63,356 nucleotides of DNA, filler included, from Lenisia limosa (GCA_001655205.1; 19 parts of 19 records of this genome joined end to end with filler, not necessarily neighbours in it), one strand, 5' to 3'; shown: positions 46,184 through 59,113, counted from the whole stretch's first letter. Notes: a model not told the origin generated them from the letters alone. Numbers and translations are program-made.

Positions 46184-48953
46184 GCCGCCGGCACAAAATG
46201 CGCCAACAGGGCATTGTTCACAGTTACCGGAGGAGGTTCGATAGAGGTCCCTTGGAGTGGTGAAGATTGAGTGAGAAGCATTGAAAAATCATAGAAATGT
46301 GAATAAAACAAAGAAGTATCTTGTTGAATCTGTCTTTGAAGGTTTCACGAGCACTTTTTTTCATAAGGTAAACAGCCAGCGAAATTCATTGTTTTTTCAT
46401 ACGGTAAACAGACGCATTCGCTGGCAAAGACGGCGGCAGTCGAAACGGTTGTGGTAGTGAGAGGGCAGTTCTGGCATTCTTCGTTGGCTGGAGTGGTTTT
46501 AAAGGTACCTTTTGGACACCAGACACATGAGTCAGAATCTTCCTGGCCTGGGAGGGGGGATTAAAATTGGAAAATTTATAAAAGAGCACCAAAATCAACT
46601 TTGAGAGGAGGAATCGGGGGGTGGGGTAAATACTGCTTTGAATGGGGAAACAAAAGAGAGTTACAATTAAAAAAAAGTATCATTTACGTATTTTGGAAAA
46701 AGAGTAAAAGACCAATATTGCAGTTCCTGTCAGGTCGGATCAATATATTAGGGCTTATTAAGGATTAATCGAAAATTCAGTTACTTTTCGAACCAAAGTG
46801 AAGCCCTAATTCCAAGCCTTGCATACTCATTCCAGCGCCGGGTTGACAGACACACTGAGTCACACCAGAGTCGTCGTTTCTCTCAATCACTTCCCTATGG
46901 TGTCAAAAATCATCAACCATTTCCCTGGTCAGGTAAGAAGTAATTCTAAATAGATACAGTGACCGGGATAAGTGTTGACCTATTTTCCTTGGGAAATCAT
47001 TCGGCAAATAGGTCAAGACTTATCTCAGTCAGTGTATATCTTATGAAATGTAGATACATATACTACTAATGACACGTAGATGCATACTACTCTATGGTAT
47101 ACAATCGGGAAACTTGGGATCGGACATCCCCAGCATACATAGGAAGGCAATGACACTCCTCATCATTGGTGCTTGCAGCTAGATAGTAATGAGGGGGAGG
47201 GCTTACATAAGCAATGAGAAATAAACAATAAGGTTCATCTTGCCGAAGCAGTCCGCACCATCACGAGGGCATAGAAATATAATCTAAAAAATCCTGAAAA
47301 TGAACGAATTGATAAATCATCGCTATATTTTCGGAAATTTTTTTTACTGAGTGAAGAATCCCTTGGTCAAAATAAATATATATCATATCATATCATATAT
47401 CATATATGATGCACATAATTTTGTCATCATATAGCACGACACGGCATACCCCTTGAAGTGAGCATTCGGAAACCACAATCTAAACACACGGGAACTGGCG
47501 CGAAGGCGAGGGGCTGATACTGGTTTCTGAGGGGAGAATACGTAAACAATAATAGCAACATAAGTAACCAATTGATCGTAAATACATGTAAGAGACGAAT
47601 TTCGTCAAACTACACAGTCAGAATGAAACCTTTCAGTATTAATATTAATAATTGGCCGTGATTCCAAAAGATACAAACAACCAGCGCTAAGCTATATCAG
47701 AACCCCTCAACTAGGGCTTCACTTCGGTCGAAAAATACCGGTGAATATCATTAATTTTCGAGGATTTATCAAGAAATTCAGTCTTTTTTGAACCGAAGTG
47801 AAGCCCTACCCCGACCTTGAACAGGGAACACAGCCGGTCCCTTCGTTTTCGTAGTCGAACACCCATCCAGCTGGACATCCACAGGTGTCGTACTGGTCAA
47901 CCAAGGGTCCTCCAAAGTTCTGGATTGTCAGATTCTAAGTCTGAATCTTATGCACAGAGAAGTACAGTGTTCTAAGTCTGAATCATCATCCTGTCAGGAA
48001 CGTTTATTGGCACTAATATGCCTACAGGGTTTCTAGCACTGGATTTGGGAGCCATGGTGGGCGGACAGTAGCATGTGGATCCTAAGAAAAGTTGCTGATT
48101 AATCTGAAGAAAAAAAAAAAGCATAAACCAAGGGATTTCCAATGCATTACAAGCAAACTGATATCGAAAAAAAAAACAAAAAGAATCTCCCCAACCTTCA
48201 AGAGCGTCGGGAATTCGCGAGAAGTTCAAGCCAGGATAGGCCTAAACAATAATTGTTGGGGTTTTATAAGTTGATGGTGATGCAGAGCGATAGAAGGAGA
48301 CATTAGAGAGCGACGGATTTGAGGAGAATGGAGGTGTGGAGATTTGATTTTCTTTAGCCAATCGTATCAGGAGTTTAGAGGTATAATATATTCGTTTGTC
48401 ACCACCACCGAGGATATCCCTCCGTGTCATGACATATTAGGAATTCACTTTGGTCCGAAAAAGACCGGGATTTATCGAGAAATTCAGTCTTTTTTTTGAA
48501 CAGAAGTGATGCCCTATGTGGTCCCATAAAATCCCGTCAAACGTCAATCATGGCATCGGAGAGAAGACCTGCAGCTATTGCGGCGTCTTTGTCCCTCTGA
48601 ATTGGTAAGAAAATGAGATTGTTACACGAAACTCAAACTCTCAAAAAGAGCCATGTGAAGTCTACTGGAGTGTTGAACGACTCGAGTCTGTTGTAAAAGT
48701 TGGATTGAAAATCTAACGGTGGAGTGGAGAAGTGTACCACGATGGAACAAAGATTATCGGTAAATTTAGCACCGATTTATCATGCAATTCGTTCATTTTC
48801 AGGATTGGAGTACAACTTTTACCTCCGAAGTGTAATATGATGGTATGAAAACACCTTTTCACCTCAACTTCAGGAAGAGAGGAAGGGTGAACATTGGAGG
48901 CGAACAGGGGGCACTGCATGCAGCTTTCACGGCCCTTATAAGGCTGGTAGTAG
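46184..48953 (-). CDS. Cys-rich surface protein with ephrin-receptor-like (GCC2/GCC3-type) repeats, partial
   Basis: YQPYKGRESCMQCP, CGCPAGWVFD...CVPCSRNQYQ, CVWCPKGTFKTTPANEECQNCPLTTTTVSTAAVFASECVCLPDLYRTSSGNCEQCPVGAFCAGG; phases consistent across the 3' exons. Confidence 0.85.
46957..47034. mobile_element. MITE family D, best copy (78 bp, TA TSD)
   Basis: TA|CAGTGACCGGGATAAGTGTTGACCTATTT...AAATAGGTCAAGACTTATCTCAGTCAGTG|TA. Other copies at about 23070-23135, 35322-35400 and 49403-49478. Confidence 0.88.
47712..47808. mobile_element. MITE family A copy
   Basis: TAGGGCTTCACTTCGG...CCGAAGTGAAGCCCTA immediately after a minus-strand donor. Confidence 0.88.
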
Positions 48954-49087
48954 NNNNNNNNNNNNNNNNNNNNNNNNNNNNNNNNNNNNNNNNNNNNTTA
49001 ATTAATTAANNNNNNNNNNNNNNNNNNNNNNNNNNNNNNNNNNNNNNNNNNNNACTTTCCATCCCCCCCTTTTCTCACATTCTTAGA

Positions 49088-49860
49088 GTTGCCGCTTCCA
49101 CCAGCAACCCCCCCGAGCCCGACAACAAAAGCGCCTCAGTTGAGCCAGTCAGAACTGACGTGACTGAAGATGGAACTAATGTGGAGTCTTCCGGCGCGCC
49201 GCCGCAGCCCGAGTTGAGCTCCGGACTCCTTCCACTTCGTTAGGGGGGGGGGTGTTGTACATTTGGGTAGACAGGCCGCCACTGAGCAGCGCATGTTGCT
49301 GCAGGAAGCCCTTGTATTTGCTGACATTGTCAATTGGTAAAGAAAATACAATGCAATTAATTTTACTATTATACAACATTATGACGTTGTACATGATATG
49401 TATTGTGACCGGGATAAGTCTTGACCGATTTGATATGAATTACCAAGGAAAATCGGTCAAGACTTATTCCGGTCACTGTTAGTGGGATACCAGAAACGAA
49501 GATTACTCCTTTAGTCCCCTTCCCTCCTTCTTTTTGAAAAGGGATGGCAAAAGCAGTACATAAGGACATCATAAACAGAAAAATAATATGCACTCATATC
49601 ACTCAGTTGCTCTCTCCTAACTAAACTTCACTTCGGTTCGAAAAAAGACGGAATTTCTCAACAAATCTTCGGAAACTACCAATATTTTACCGGTCTTTTT
49701 CGAACCGAAATGAAGAGGAAGTGAAGCTCTACATGTGACAGATTAGATATTTTACCAGTCTTTTTCGAACCGACTTGAAGCCCTCCTTGTCACCCCTTAG
49801 TTGATGATTTCGACCCAAACTCTTTGTTAACGAATCTACAGCCCTTCTACCCCCCTCAAA
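49088..49860 (+). CDS. Hypothetical protein exons
   Basis: GC-richer AG/GT-bounded blocks: EPDNKSASVEPVRTDVTEDG..., AATEQRMLLQEALVFADIVNW and DDFDPNSLLTNLQPFYPPQ. Phases are not fully resolved. Confidence 0.4.
49403..49478. mobile_element. MITE family D copy
   Basis: GTGACCGGGATAAGTCTTGACCGATTT...AAATCGGTCAAGACTTATTCCGGTCAC. Confidence 0.85.
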
Positions 49861-50739
49861 GTAGGGCATCATTCTCACAATGTTTACTACAACCCTACTT
49901 TCGTTTCAAAATTTCCGTGGATAATCATATGTAATTGTTCGACTAGGACTTACTACGATCACTGTACATATTTTTTGATATTTATCAAGGGATTTATTGA
50001 GAATTCAGTCTTTTTTAAAATTAACCAATAGTGAAGCTTGATATACTAATTGTAATGTGATACGTGGTTTCATAAATTGCCTTTTTTTCAACCTCTCTAG
50101 GCTTTTTTTTTTTTTTTTGTTTTTTTTTNNNNNNNNNNNNNNNNNNNNNNNNNNNNNNNNNNNNNNNNNNNNNNNNNNNNNNNNNNNNNNNNNNNNNNNN
50201 NNNNNNNNNNNNNNNNNNNNNNNNNNNNNNNNNNNNNNNNNNNNNNNNNNNNNNNNNNNNNNNNNNNNNNNNNNNNNNNNNNNNNNNNNNNNNNNNNNNN
50301 NNNNNNNNNNNNNNNNNNNNNNNNNNNNNNNNNNNNNNNNNNNNNNNNNNNAAATTACCTAGTTATTGAGGGCAACGCTTTAAATGCCAAATTGTTGTTA
50401 ATCAAGTTCCTTTTTGAATCAAATTATAAAATATATTTAACACTGTAACAGCACTTAGAGAGTCATTGAAGACAACTCTAGCCATAAATAAAAAGTGTTT
50501 GAGACTACACACTAACCTCTGTTGTTGGTGGAAAGAGTTATTTTCTCCTCTTATTAGCTGGAGCTTCTACGAATGTTATCTGTACGAAAAGAAAAACAAA
50601 CTCTTTTTTCTGATAGTTCTCTGGTGGTACTGCTTGATATTTTGGGCACGAATTTTCCCTGAAACAATAAAGAATTGTCTTTTTTTCTCAGCAATTTCGT
50701 CCTTTTTTTAATTGTAGTAAGCGCTCAGACCAATGCTTC

Positions 50740-51680
50740 TCAACCTTGCCCGATCCTCCCGAGTGAACGCATTGTCTGAAGGTGACCAAGACACAAAAAT
50801 GTTCACCTGCCAGCCTTGGGTCGATTCAAGCATTACTGCACCAGCTTTATCCAAAATTGAATTTTCGTCACCGGTGGTCTTCTGTCCTGACAGAAAAACA
50901 GGCTTCAGACATTTATTTGCAGTACTGATTTGATTATTTGGGTGATATAATACTCACCTAATAGTGGCCATAAGGGTGATATGTGAACATTGGCCCCCTT
51001 TGTCAGTCTTTGAATACGCGTTTTTACAATCAGAAAGGGTCACAACTTTAGGGCTTTTACCTGGGGTGAGTTCAATCATCGTCTCATCTGCGTTGTAAAT
51101 CAACTTTGGGTGAATTTTTTGAGAATGCAGCATGTTAGCAAAGGCTGCAGTGCGCTGCATATAGCGGCTAGGCTGAAGCGCATCAGAACGCGCCTTATCC
51201 AATGTATTAGGTCGCTGAAAAGTTAGCCAAAAACAAAGATAATTCTTACCATTGTTTTCAGAATAGGGTATTTAGTAAGAAACCGAGGAAACCACTTATC
51301 AGACAGCTTGATCCGCTTTCCAGTGTACCTTATGATGGTGCTCTCAGCCTGAAAATTGTTAATCAAAGTAATTTAAGAACCATTGATGTCACAGTGTTGA
51401 CAGAAGGGGGGGAAGTCGGTCAGTACTTGCTCTAGTACATCCGAAATGAATGCAGGGTGAAGATCATCTTCAAGCTTTTCGGGTCTTCCTCGTTTTCCAG
51501 GGATTTTAGTCTGATATTTGTGAACAGTGGCTCTCGACTTGATCTAAATAGTCAAAACAATACCCCTAATTCCTACATTTACAAGAATTTGAATGGCCCT
51601 TTCAGTAGGGGCTTATTGTTTGTCTTCGCGATTTGGATCAAAGTATCAACTTGCTCATGCCGCTTTAACTTAAGGAACGC
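50740..51680 (-). pseudogene. Decayed pogo/Tigger-like (CENP-B HTH + DDE_1) transposase
   Basis: GKRGRPEKL, LSDKWFPRFLTKYPIL, KLIYNADETMI, HITLMATISTANKCLKPVFL and STQGWQ are typical DDE_1 family motifs. There is a +1 frameshift in the G7 run near 51406-51412, stops in the 5' part, and truncation before the second catalytic Asp. Confidence 0.85.
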
Positions 51681-52330
51681 GGGTACTCCAATTCATATTG
51701 GTGCTAATACAGATGACAATAATCGTAATCAACACCAAAGTGACTGCCTCTTACTTTCTCGCTTAGTCTATTGAAGTTTATTTCAAAGGAATCACCCAAA
51801 ACCAAAAGATGTGAGGGTGAAATACCAAAATAGAACAACACCGAGCTTGCTTTCACAAGAGGGCCTAGTAAATGGCGTGAAAACTTCAAATTTCGGTGGA
51901 TTTCGGACCAACTTCGGTGAAATTATATTGACAAAAACACTCAGGAACAGCTGTTGGTGATATCTACTTTCAAATTAGCACAACTCCGAGCATACTTTTT
52001 TTACAATTTGAAGACGCGTTTGAGAGGGGTCTTCTTCTCAAAAAAAACTGAGTAAAGGGCAGTGAACTGAACTGATTTTTTAATAGACTATTATAGAATT
52101 TTCTAAAAAATTTTATTTGCTTAATTTTGCATTTCTAAACTTGTTTCAGGAAAAAAACGCATTATTGAGGATTTTGAGGGACTTTTAGGACCGTTTTTGG
52201 GGGATTTTCAAAAAGAGCTCGCGTTTTCGGNNNNNNNNNNNNNNNNNNNNNNNNNNNNNNNNNNNNNNNNNNNNTTAATTAATTAANNNNNNNNNNNNNN
52301 NNNNNNNNNNNNNNNNNNNNNNNNNNNNNN

Positions 52331-55070
52331 TGCCGTTGGTCTTCTTAGCATCCTTGAGCTGGATAACCTTGGTATTCACCCATGTTCCAGACCATGCCTG
52401 GATGGAAGGCCTTGTCATCGACAACTTAGGTCAAAGCCTTCTCTCTTGTAGAGTCCAGCACATTGGGGGTCTGTGATGAACAAGTAATGATAAGCATTTG
52501 GGTTGAATTAATGGGGTGTTTCAGGTTGATAATATTAATACTGATAGCTTAGTTTACTGTGTGGTCAGATGCATTATCCCAACCAACCACAAGTTTCAGG
52601 ATGTCAGCATGAGCCGATCTTCCCAGTCTTTGCTGGGAGGATTGACATTAATGAACCTAATTACTCTACTTGAACTGTTCGGTGTTTCCTGCTTATATGA
52701 TGTTACAAAAAAAAAAAAAAAAAAANNNNNNNNNNNNNNNNNNNNNNNNNNNNNNNNNNNNNNNNNNNNNNNNNNNNNNNNNNNNNNNNNNNNNNNNNNN
52801 NNNNNNNNNNNNNNNNNNNNNNNNNNNNNNNNNNNNNNNNNNNNNNNNNNNNNNNNNNNNNNNNNNNNNNTAAGTGTTGTTTGGATATGGGTTAGGCGAT
52901 TGACAACTCTAAAATGAAGACACTAAAGAAAAAAGATAATTCCTTTTGAATAAAAAAGACCACCCCGGGGTTCGAACCCTCGACCTTGAGCCCAAAAACA
53001 GTCTCAAACCGACCTTTATCCCATTTGGCCATTATAAAAAAAGGCGCGCAAAAAATGTCCTTGAGCCACGCTTTAAGGTGATACTGTCAAATTTTTATTA
53101 CATCAAAATGCGACAAAAAAAAGAGTGTAATTACATACATTCAAAATAATAACAATTACAAGGTCCAATAATAGGTTGCATGACAAAAAAGCAGGGAATA
53201 ATATTTTTATTGTTTCTGGGGGTGCATCTCCCATTTTTGCCAACCCCAAAATTGAAACTTGTTTTATCCCTTTATTGCTGTAATGAAAATTGTTAAACCA
53301 AGCATTAATATGAGAAACTTTAGGCGAGTTAATGAGCGTCTTTTTTAACAATGGAGACATTGTCTCTTTGTCTGGAGGCGTCATGCACCACCTATTACAA
53401 TAGAATATAATTTTTTGCAACCCCAAAAATGGACAATATTTCGTGACTAATCCAGCAGAAATGGGTAAGAATGGAATTATTTCTCAGAATAGAGTTCTCG
53501 AACAAAACTTAACAGTGACACGCTGGTCTACAACACCCAAAGCAACAGCTAACTCCCTGTAGGTGACGAACCTCCTCTCCTTGTTAGTCCAGGGGTGGTC
53601 TTCGTCCATGAGAAGGTCACGGTTGTGGCACCAATCCAAAATAATCATACAGATCAAACTGAAAAAAGATAGATTCTTTCATTATGAAACAACAAGTCAA
53701 AAACATATTTACTAATAACTATAAGAGTAAACCAACCCGAGAGGCTGGGGGAAGAGTATCTAGTAGGGAGCGAAAGAGAGATGGCTAAAGAAGTAAATTA
53801 TGATGCACAACAGTAATATTACTTAACTGCTTTAGAATCAAGGGATTCAATGAGGAAAAGTCACGCAAACCAGAGCTATCTCCCCACTTACACATTCCTC
53901 GAACATGGTGGCCCAATTCCTCCCATACCAGCTGCACCAACAGCCTCCACAGCCTCAGCGCTGTGGACGGAATGAACAACACCTCTACTCCTAATCCTCC
54001 TCCTCATCGTGTCGCTTTTGTCGGGGTTCCCACCACCACCTCCTTCTTCTTCCATTTCTTCATCCGAATACTCGGCCTCATCGTTAGCGTTCCTTTGTAA
54101 AATTGAAGTCATTATTAGTTATTTTTACTGTCAAATTTAAGAGACAATGAGATTTGTTATATTCAGTGTGCTTACCAAAATACGCAATATCGTTATCATC
54201 TTCCTCATTAAAACGGTGGCGCTTTAGGGCTTTTTTCCCCAACAGCAGTCGGGTCAGTGAAGAACTGAAATTGTTACCCATGAAGCAAAACAAAATATGA
54301 AAAAAAAAAANNNNNNNNNNNNNNNNNNNNNNNNNNNNNNNNNNNNNNNNNNNNNNNNNNNNNNNNNNNGCAGCTTCAACTCGAGAATGGATTCTTTGAG
54401 TCTTTTACAACACATATTTGAAAGGGGTTTTTTTTTAGGTAAAAGATTGGCGTCAATGGTGTGGTGACTGAGATTGTCAGGGATTTAATTTGGGATTTGC
54501 GTTACCCCCGAAAAAAATAGCTTTTATGACAGTGACAAGAAAACAGCAAAAACAACCTGAACAACAACGTGTGAACAACAAGTGAACACAGCAGAGAAGA
54601 CAAACAATTCTTCAACAACCAAAAACACACTTTTGAAATGAGGTTTTTCCTCCTCCTCATCCTCTCCAGTCTTCTTTCTTCTGTGTGCAACGCAGTGTGG
54701 AGACCTTCTTGTTTTTGGCTGACAAGGTCATGAAGAGTGGGAGTTCCCAGATAGTGGCTTACAGCCTTGGGTGGATTATGTTGACTGCTGTAAATGGCAT
54801 GGTGTTACTTGTGACATAAGATGGGCCAGTTATTTGGATTTAGACATTCTTTTTTCACACGGACAGATGGCGGGTATGGGAATGTGACCATTACTGACCT
54901 TGCATGAACACGTTTATAACCTGCTTTATATAAACACCTTTATAGCCTCCATTAAAGAACTCCTTTATTACCTACTCTCAATAATACCTTGTTATACATG
55001 TATCTCAAAAAGAAATCTAAGTCCACCAGTCTGAGTGCGAGCGCAGGATGAGTGTCATCACGGACCTGAC
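52331..55070 (-). CDS. Probable multi-exon hypothetical gene(s)
   Basis: AG/GT-bounded open blocks: ...RRLERMRRRKNLISK, SSLTRLLLGKKALKRHRFNEEDDNDIAYF|GTLTMRPSIRMKKWKKKEVV (PH-strand-like) and ILDWCHNRDLLMDEDHPWTNKERRFVTYRELAVAL. A full phase-consistent model could not be built. Confidence 0.35.
52958..53031 (-). pseudogene. Degenerate tRNA-like sequence
   Basis: About 74 nt with an A-box-like TGGGATAAAGG, B-box GGTTCGAACCC and a T6 run just 3'. The acceptor stem does not pair and there is an internal T5. Confidence 0.3.
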
Positions 55071-57186
55071 AACTTTTGAGAGAAAATTTCAATTTGAAAA
55101 TAAATGATTTGAGCGAAAATTCCTCTTTCAGCAAAAAAAAATAAAAGAGATTTTTTTTTTTTTTTTTTTTTCAATGTTTTCCTTTGAAACATATGATATA
55201 TTATATATCGATATGTATATATATACTATATGTGTATATATGTACTACATGTAAATATATATCCGTAAAACTCCGTAATTACTTTACAAAACAAAAAGCC
55301 CTTCAAACGTAGAGGCAAGTAGACTCCCATCACAATGTACTGACACTGAATATATCGGCTTAGAATGTCCTGGGAAGGTAATATTAATAATAAAATACGG
55401 AACAATTCAAAAATCGTAAAGATCCCCTCAATAAACATCAAAACAAAGCATTTTTGACCAGAACAAAGATAAAAGACGGTTTTTTTGTCATCAAAATCAG
55501 CTGGCTAACAACCCTGAAAAAAATGGAGGCTCAACAAAGGGCTGCAGATCTGGGAAAAAGGTGACCTCCAGATAATCCAGATAAATCTGAGATCTGTCTG
55601 GATAAAGTCGACATGATCTGGCCAAGATCTGACCTAGGAGGTGTATAGGAAGGGGTGTTGGGTCACCCTTTTATTTTTTGAAGAATTGTACACGAAGGCC
55701 ACGTCATCAAATCAGAATTATTCCATTTTCAATTGTTTAAAAAGGTGGAAGAGGAGAAAGTCATTGTTTTTGTTTTGAGGAGAAACACGAAAATAATACA
55801 CTTGAAGAGTATTGAAATAACAGAGGAGATGAAGTAATGATTTCTACTAGGGGTATTAATATAAACAAGTTTATGGGGTAGAAGGCAAAAAAAAAAGAGT
55901 TCCTTGAATGGTGTTTTGCAGAGATAAAGAAAGGTGAGATTAAGATGGTAGAATTCTAAAGTTAAGCTCTTTCCATTGGGTGGGTTGGCGGCATTTTCTT
56001 CTTACTCCTGTTTTCTAACGAAGTATCATGTGCTTATTAAGGTGGTTTAGTCGCTGTTTTGTTTTGCAAAAAATTTGAAGCCATGTGTAAAGAAAAACAC
56101 CATTCGGGATGATTTCGTAGGGTAGTTTTTCATATAAAATAGCCTCGGATAGATAATTTTGTAAATGACCATTTTCCCGACTACCGAGGTTGTTCCAATT
56201 TTGGACCTTTTTGGCTTATACATTTTTTTTTTTTTTTTTNNNNNNNNNNNNNNNNNNNNNNNNNNNNNNNNNNNNNNNNNNNNNNNNNNNNNNNAAGTAC
56301 GCACATCCGGTACTGCACCATTGTCTAGTTGTTGCACTCTTTGACTCATATAGTCTCTGTTAGGCACATTCCAGGCCTTTTTTATTTTGCATGCGAGAGC
56401 TGGTTCCACTTTGCTAAAATAAAACAACGACTGAACCACCTTAAGTGATTATTAAAAAGTATGGTTTTCTTAATAAGTATGGTTGTTTTATCAAGCTGGT
56501 TTTAAAGTGTTATAGCGTGAGGGAATCAGAGATAAACTACTAAGTCCGGATTTATATTGTTTTATCCAGTAATATATTTTTTTTCCCTCCGGCATAATAG
56601 CATTTTGAGCATATTTAAGTGTCCCACTATAGTAACGCAGATTATTAAGAAGAATTTGAAACTGAAGTCCATTTCTGGAGAAAATAAAGTGGTTTACAAC
56701 TGGGCAAAAGCACAAATTTTGTGCGCCACTATTTTAGTGGCCAAAGAATCTAATCCTTGTGGGTATGCTGGGGAGACACGAAGAAAGCTGTGTGCACAGA
56801 GTTATAAGGCTATATTCTACTATAATTCATTATCTCTTATNNNNNNNNNNNNNNNNNNNNNNNNNNNNNNNNNNNNNNNNNNNNTTAATTAATTAANNNN
56901 NNNNNNNNNNNNNNNNNNNNNNNNNNNNNNNNNNNNNNNNTAAAAATGGTCATTATACCGGCACCTGGGGGGTTTATACAAAGACCGTCACCCCCCTGAT
57001 TAAAGTCCAATCAGAGTCCAATCCTGGTCCAATCATATTTTCAAAAGTGTGAGTGCTCGCAGTTTGTCAGTAAAGCCCGGTCCGGGGAAATTTCAAGTTT
57101 TTCATTTTTTTCGAGGGCATCGAGGGCGCAAAATTGTAACGTACTACATATATAACATAATAACTGCATAACTGCATAATAATAAA

Positions 57187-58599
57187 ATGGAAGAAGAGAG
57201 GAGAAACAATGATGAAGGCCAAGGTCGTGGTGATGGATTTTGGGGAGTTAATTATGACGGTGCATTAAAAACTGAACCAATGTAGGCTTGTTGTGGATGA
57301 TGGTGATCACTACACATGGTTAATGGAACAGAGAGAATGATGGTTATTAACTGTACAGTACTGCGACCCAACAAAGAGTTGTGACTCGCACCTATCTCAT
57401 CACCGCTGCAATGGCTGTGGTTATGACTCTTGGATTCTATATGACGCATACTTTCCCTGTGATCACAAATACTGCTTTTGAGGCTCAAGGGTCTCTTCTG
57501 ATGATGGTAAGACAATGATTCAATTTGTAATGTTTAAGCTGGGAATTGCTGCAGTATCCTTCTTTAGCATGGTTGCCAATCTCACTGAAGCCCAGAGGTT
57601 TGAAAAGTCAACATCTCATTAAAACTTAGAATTCCAATTAACCTCTTGTTGGCCTTCTTTATGGGAATGAGTGGAGCTGTTCATGCGATGCTTTATGGAA
57701 GTGCGAGGGTTTTGGAATCTTGAAGTGTCAGACCTCTCTTTTTTATATTTTCCAATCTCAAGCATTCTCGTTAAAAGGAAAAAAAATACTTTCCCTTTTT
57801 GTTTTTTGAAATGATCTGAAACAGTTTTTAGTTTCTTGAAAACATAAAAAACATGACCATTGTAGTTACTTTTGGAATGGCAGGTACAGCTTTGGGTATT
57901 GCAAGTGGAGTGTTCCTTCTTCTTTCCTTCTTCGCCCACACCAGACAGTCTCGTTTCATGATCTATGGATCTTTTATGTTCTCCCTCTCCCTCTTGTTTG
58001 TGGGCTGTGTTTGTATCACGAATTCAAAATTACTTACTCTTTTAGTAGCCTTCTGTTTCTCTTTGTGAACCCTTTCGGAATTGGTTTTGACACGTATCTT
58101 TTTCTCACTCTTCTTTTGAATTCAGCTTATGTCATTTTTGACACGCAGGTAGAGGGTGTGAACTTTGGGATATAATACCCCAATTCTTATTTCGTTGTCT
58201 TTTATGCTGAAATGAGCAATATAAAAACTTGACCGAAACCGTCTACACATCACGTTTTTTAGGGATATGGTGTTAGTATTCATTCAGCAATTGTTTACCT
58301 TTCAATACTTCAGTGTTTTTCTTCTTTATTTTAAATTCTACCAGACTTTACCCAGTGTAACAAAAATAGTATAGTGGTAGAGCAACATCGAAATGATGAC
58401 GAAGATAACACAAGGGTTTTGCCCGTATGTATTAGAGTATCATTGCGACTTGTCGGTTAATTATCCACGAGGTATCATATCATTCTGTGGTAAATGATAT
58501 TTCACATGTGTGGAAATGATCAAACAAGTGATGTGATAGGATTCAGAGGTTCATGATTTTAGATTATGCTCCGTCGTATTGAAAATGGAGATCACCAAG
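57187..58599 (+). CDS. Bax inhibitor-1 (TMBIM6-like) family membrane protein
   Basis: MEEE...FWGVNYDGALKTEPITATQQRVVTRTYLITAAMAVVMTLGFYM...RIPINLLLAFFMGMSG...AGTALGIASGVFLLLSFFA...YLFLTLLLNSAYVIFDTQIMLRRIENGDHQ follows the BI-1 pattern (RVY.TL; YV.FDTQ.II.K.ENGD). The last exon is uncertain. Confidence 0.8.
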
Positions 58600-59075
58600 G
58601 TTAGTATTTTCCACCAAACCCTAATATTCAGCATTATTTTACTCCTTTCAACTCGCAAATAACCACTAGAACCATAGCATTACCTCTTTTACTTACCCTT
58701 AATCATCATACATATGATATGTACTAGTAATATATTGTCTATATAAGCTATGTATTATTTAAGCTATAAGCTAAAGTATCAAATAATTTGTACTAATACA
58801 TATGTATACTATTAAGATTTGTATTATCGTAGCTATCTCAATATCTCTTTTTATCTTAATGGTGTGGATGCTTCGGCTAAATGCCTCCATTTTCCGTTTC
58901 ATTTTTCAGTTCTACATATCGTAGCACTTTTTGAGTCATTTTCACACGTGTGAACATTTTCCACGCAGTGATATGATACCTCATATCCACTCGTATGATA
59001 AGTCTCAATGATACTCTGATACACTCGGGATGAACCCTCGTGTTATTTTTGTTCATCATTTCGTCATACGTTATA

Positions 59076-59113
59076 CCATATTCACTTGGGACGCCAGTCC
59101 CAAGTGAATATGG
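59076..59113. other. Perfect hairpin, 17-bp stem and 4-nt loop
   Basis: CCATATTCACTTGGGAC-GCCA-GTCCCAAGTGAATATGG. Confidence 0.9.

Noticed and set aside
47120-47145. B-family head (TATGCTGGGG) on the minus strand
   Set aside because: It lies inside a phase-consistent exon (CLPMYAGDVRSQ), so it is a chance match.
53560-53960. Resemblance to the P2X7-C-terminal/nanor-like motif (N..RR..YR; W..LG..R)
   Set aside because: The two motif-like pieces could not be joined in a consistent order or phase, and the similarity is too weak to claim.
56047-56715. Possible IS630/Tc1 transposase remnant (YWIKQYKSG; KKAWN)
   Set aside because: Only two weak motifs, no DDE residues or TIRs seen, and the region is split by a gap. 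It would need an HMM search.
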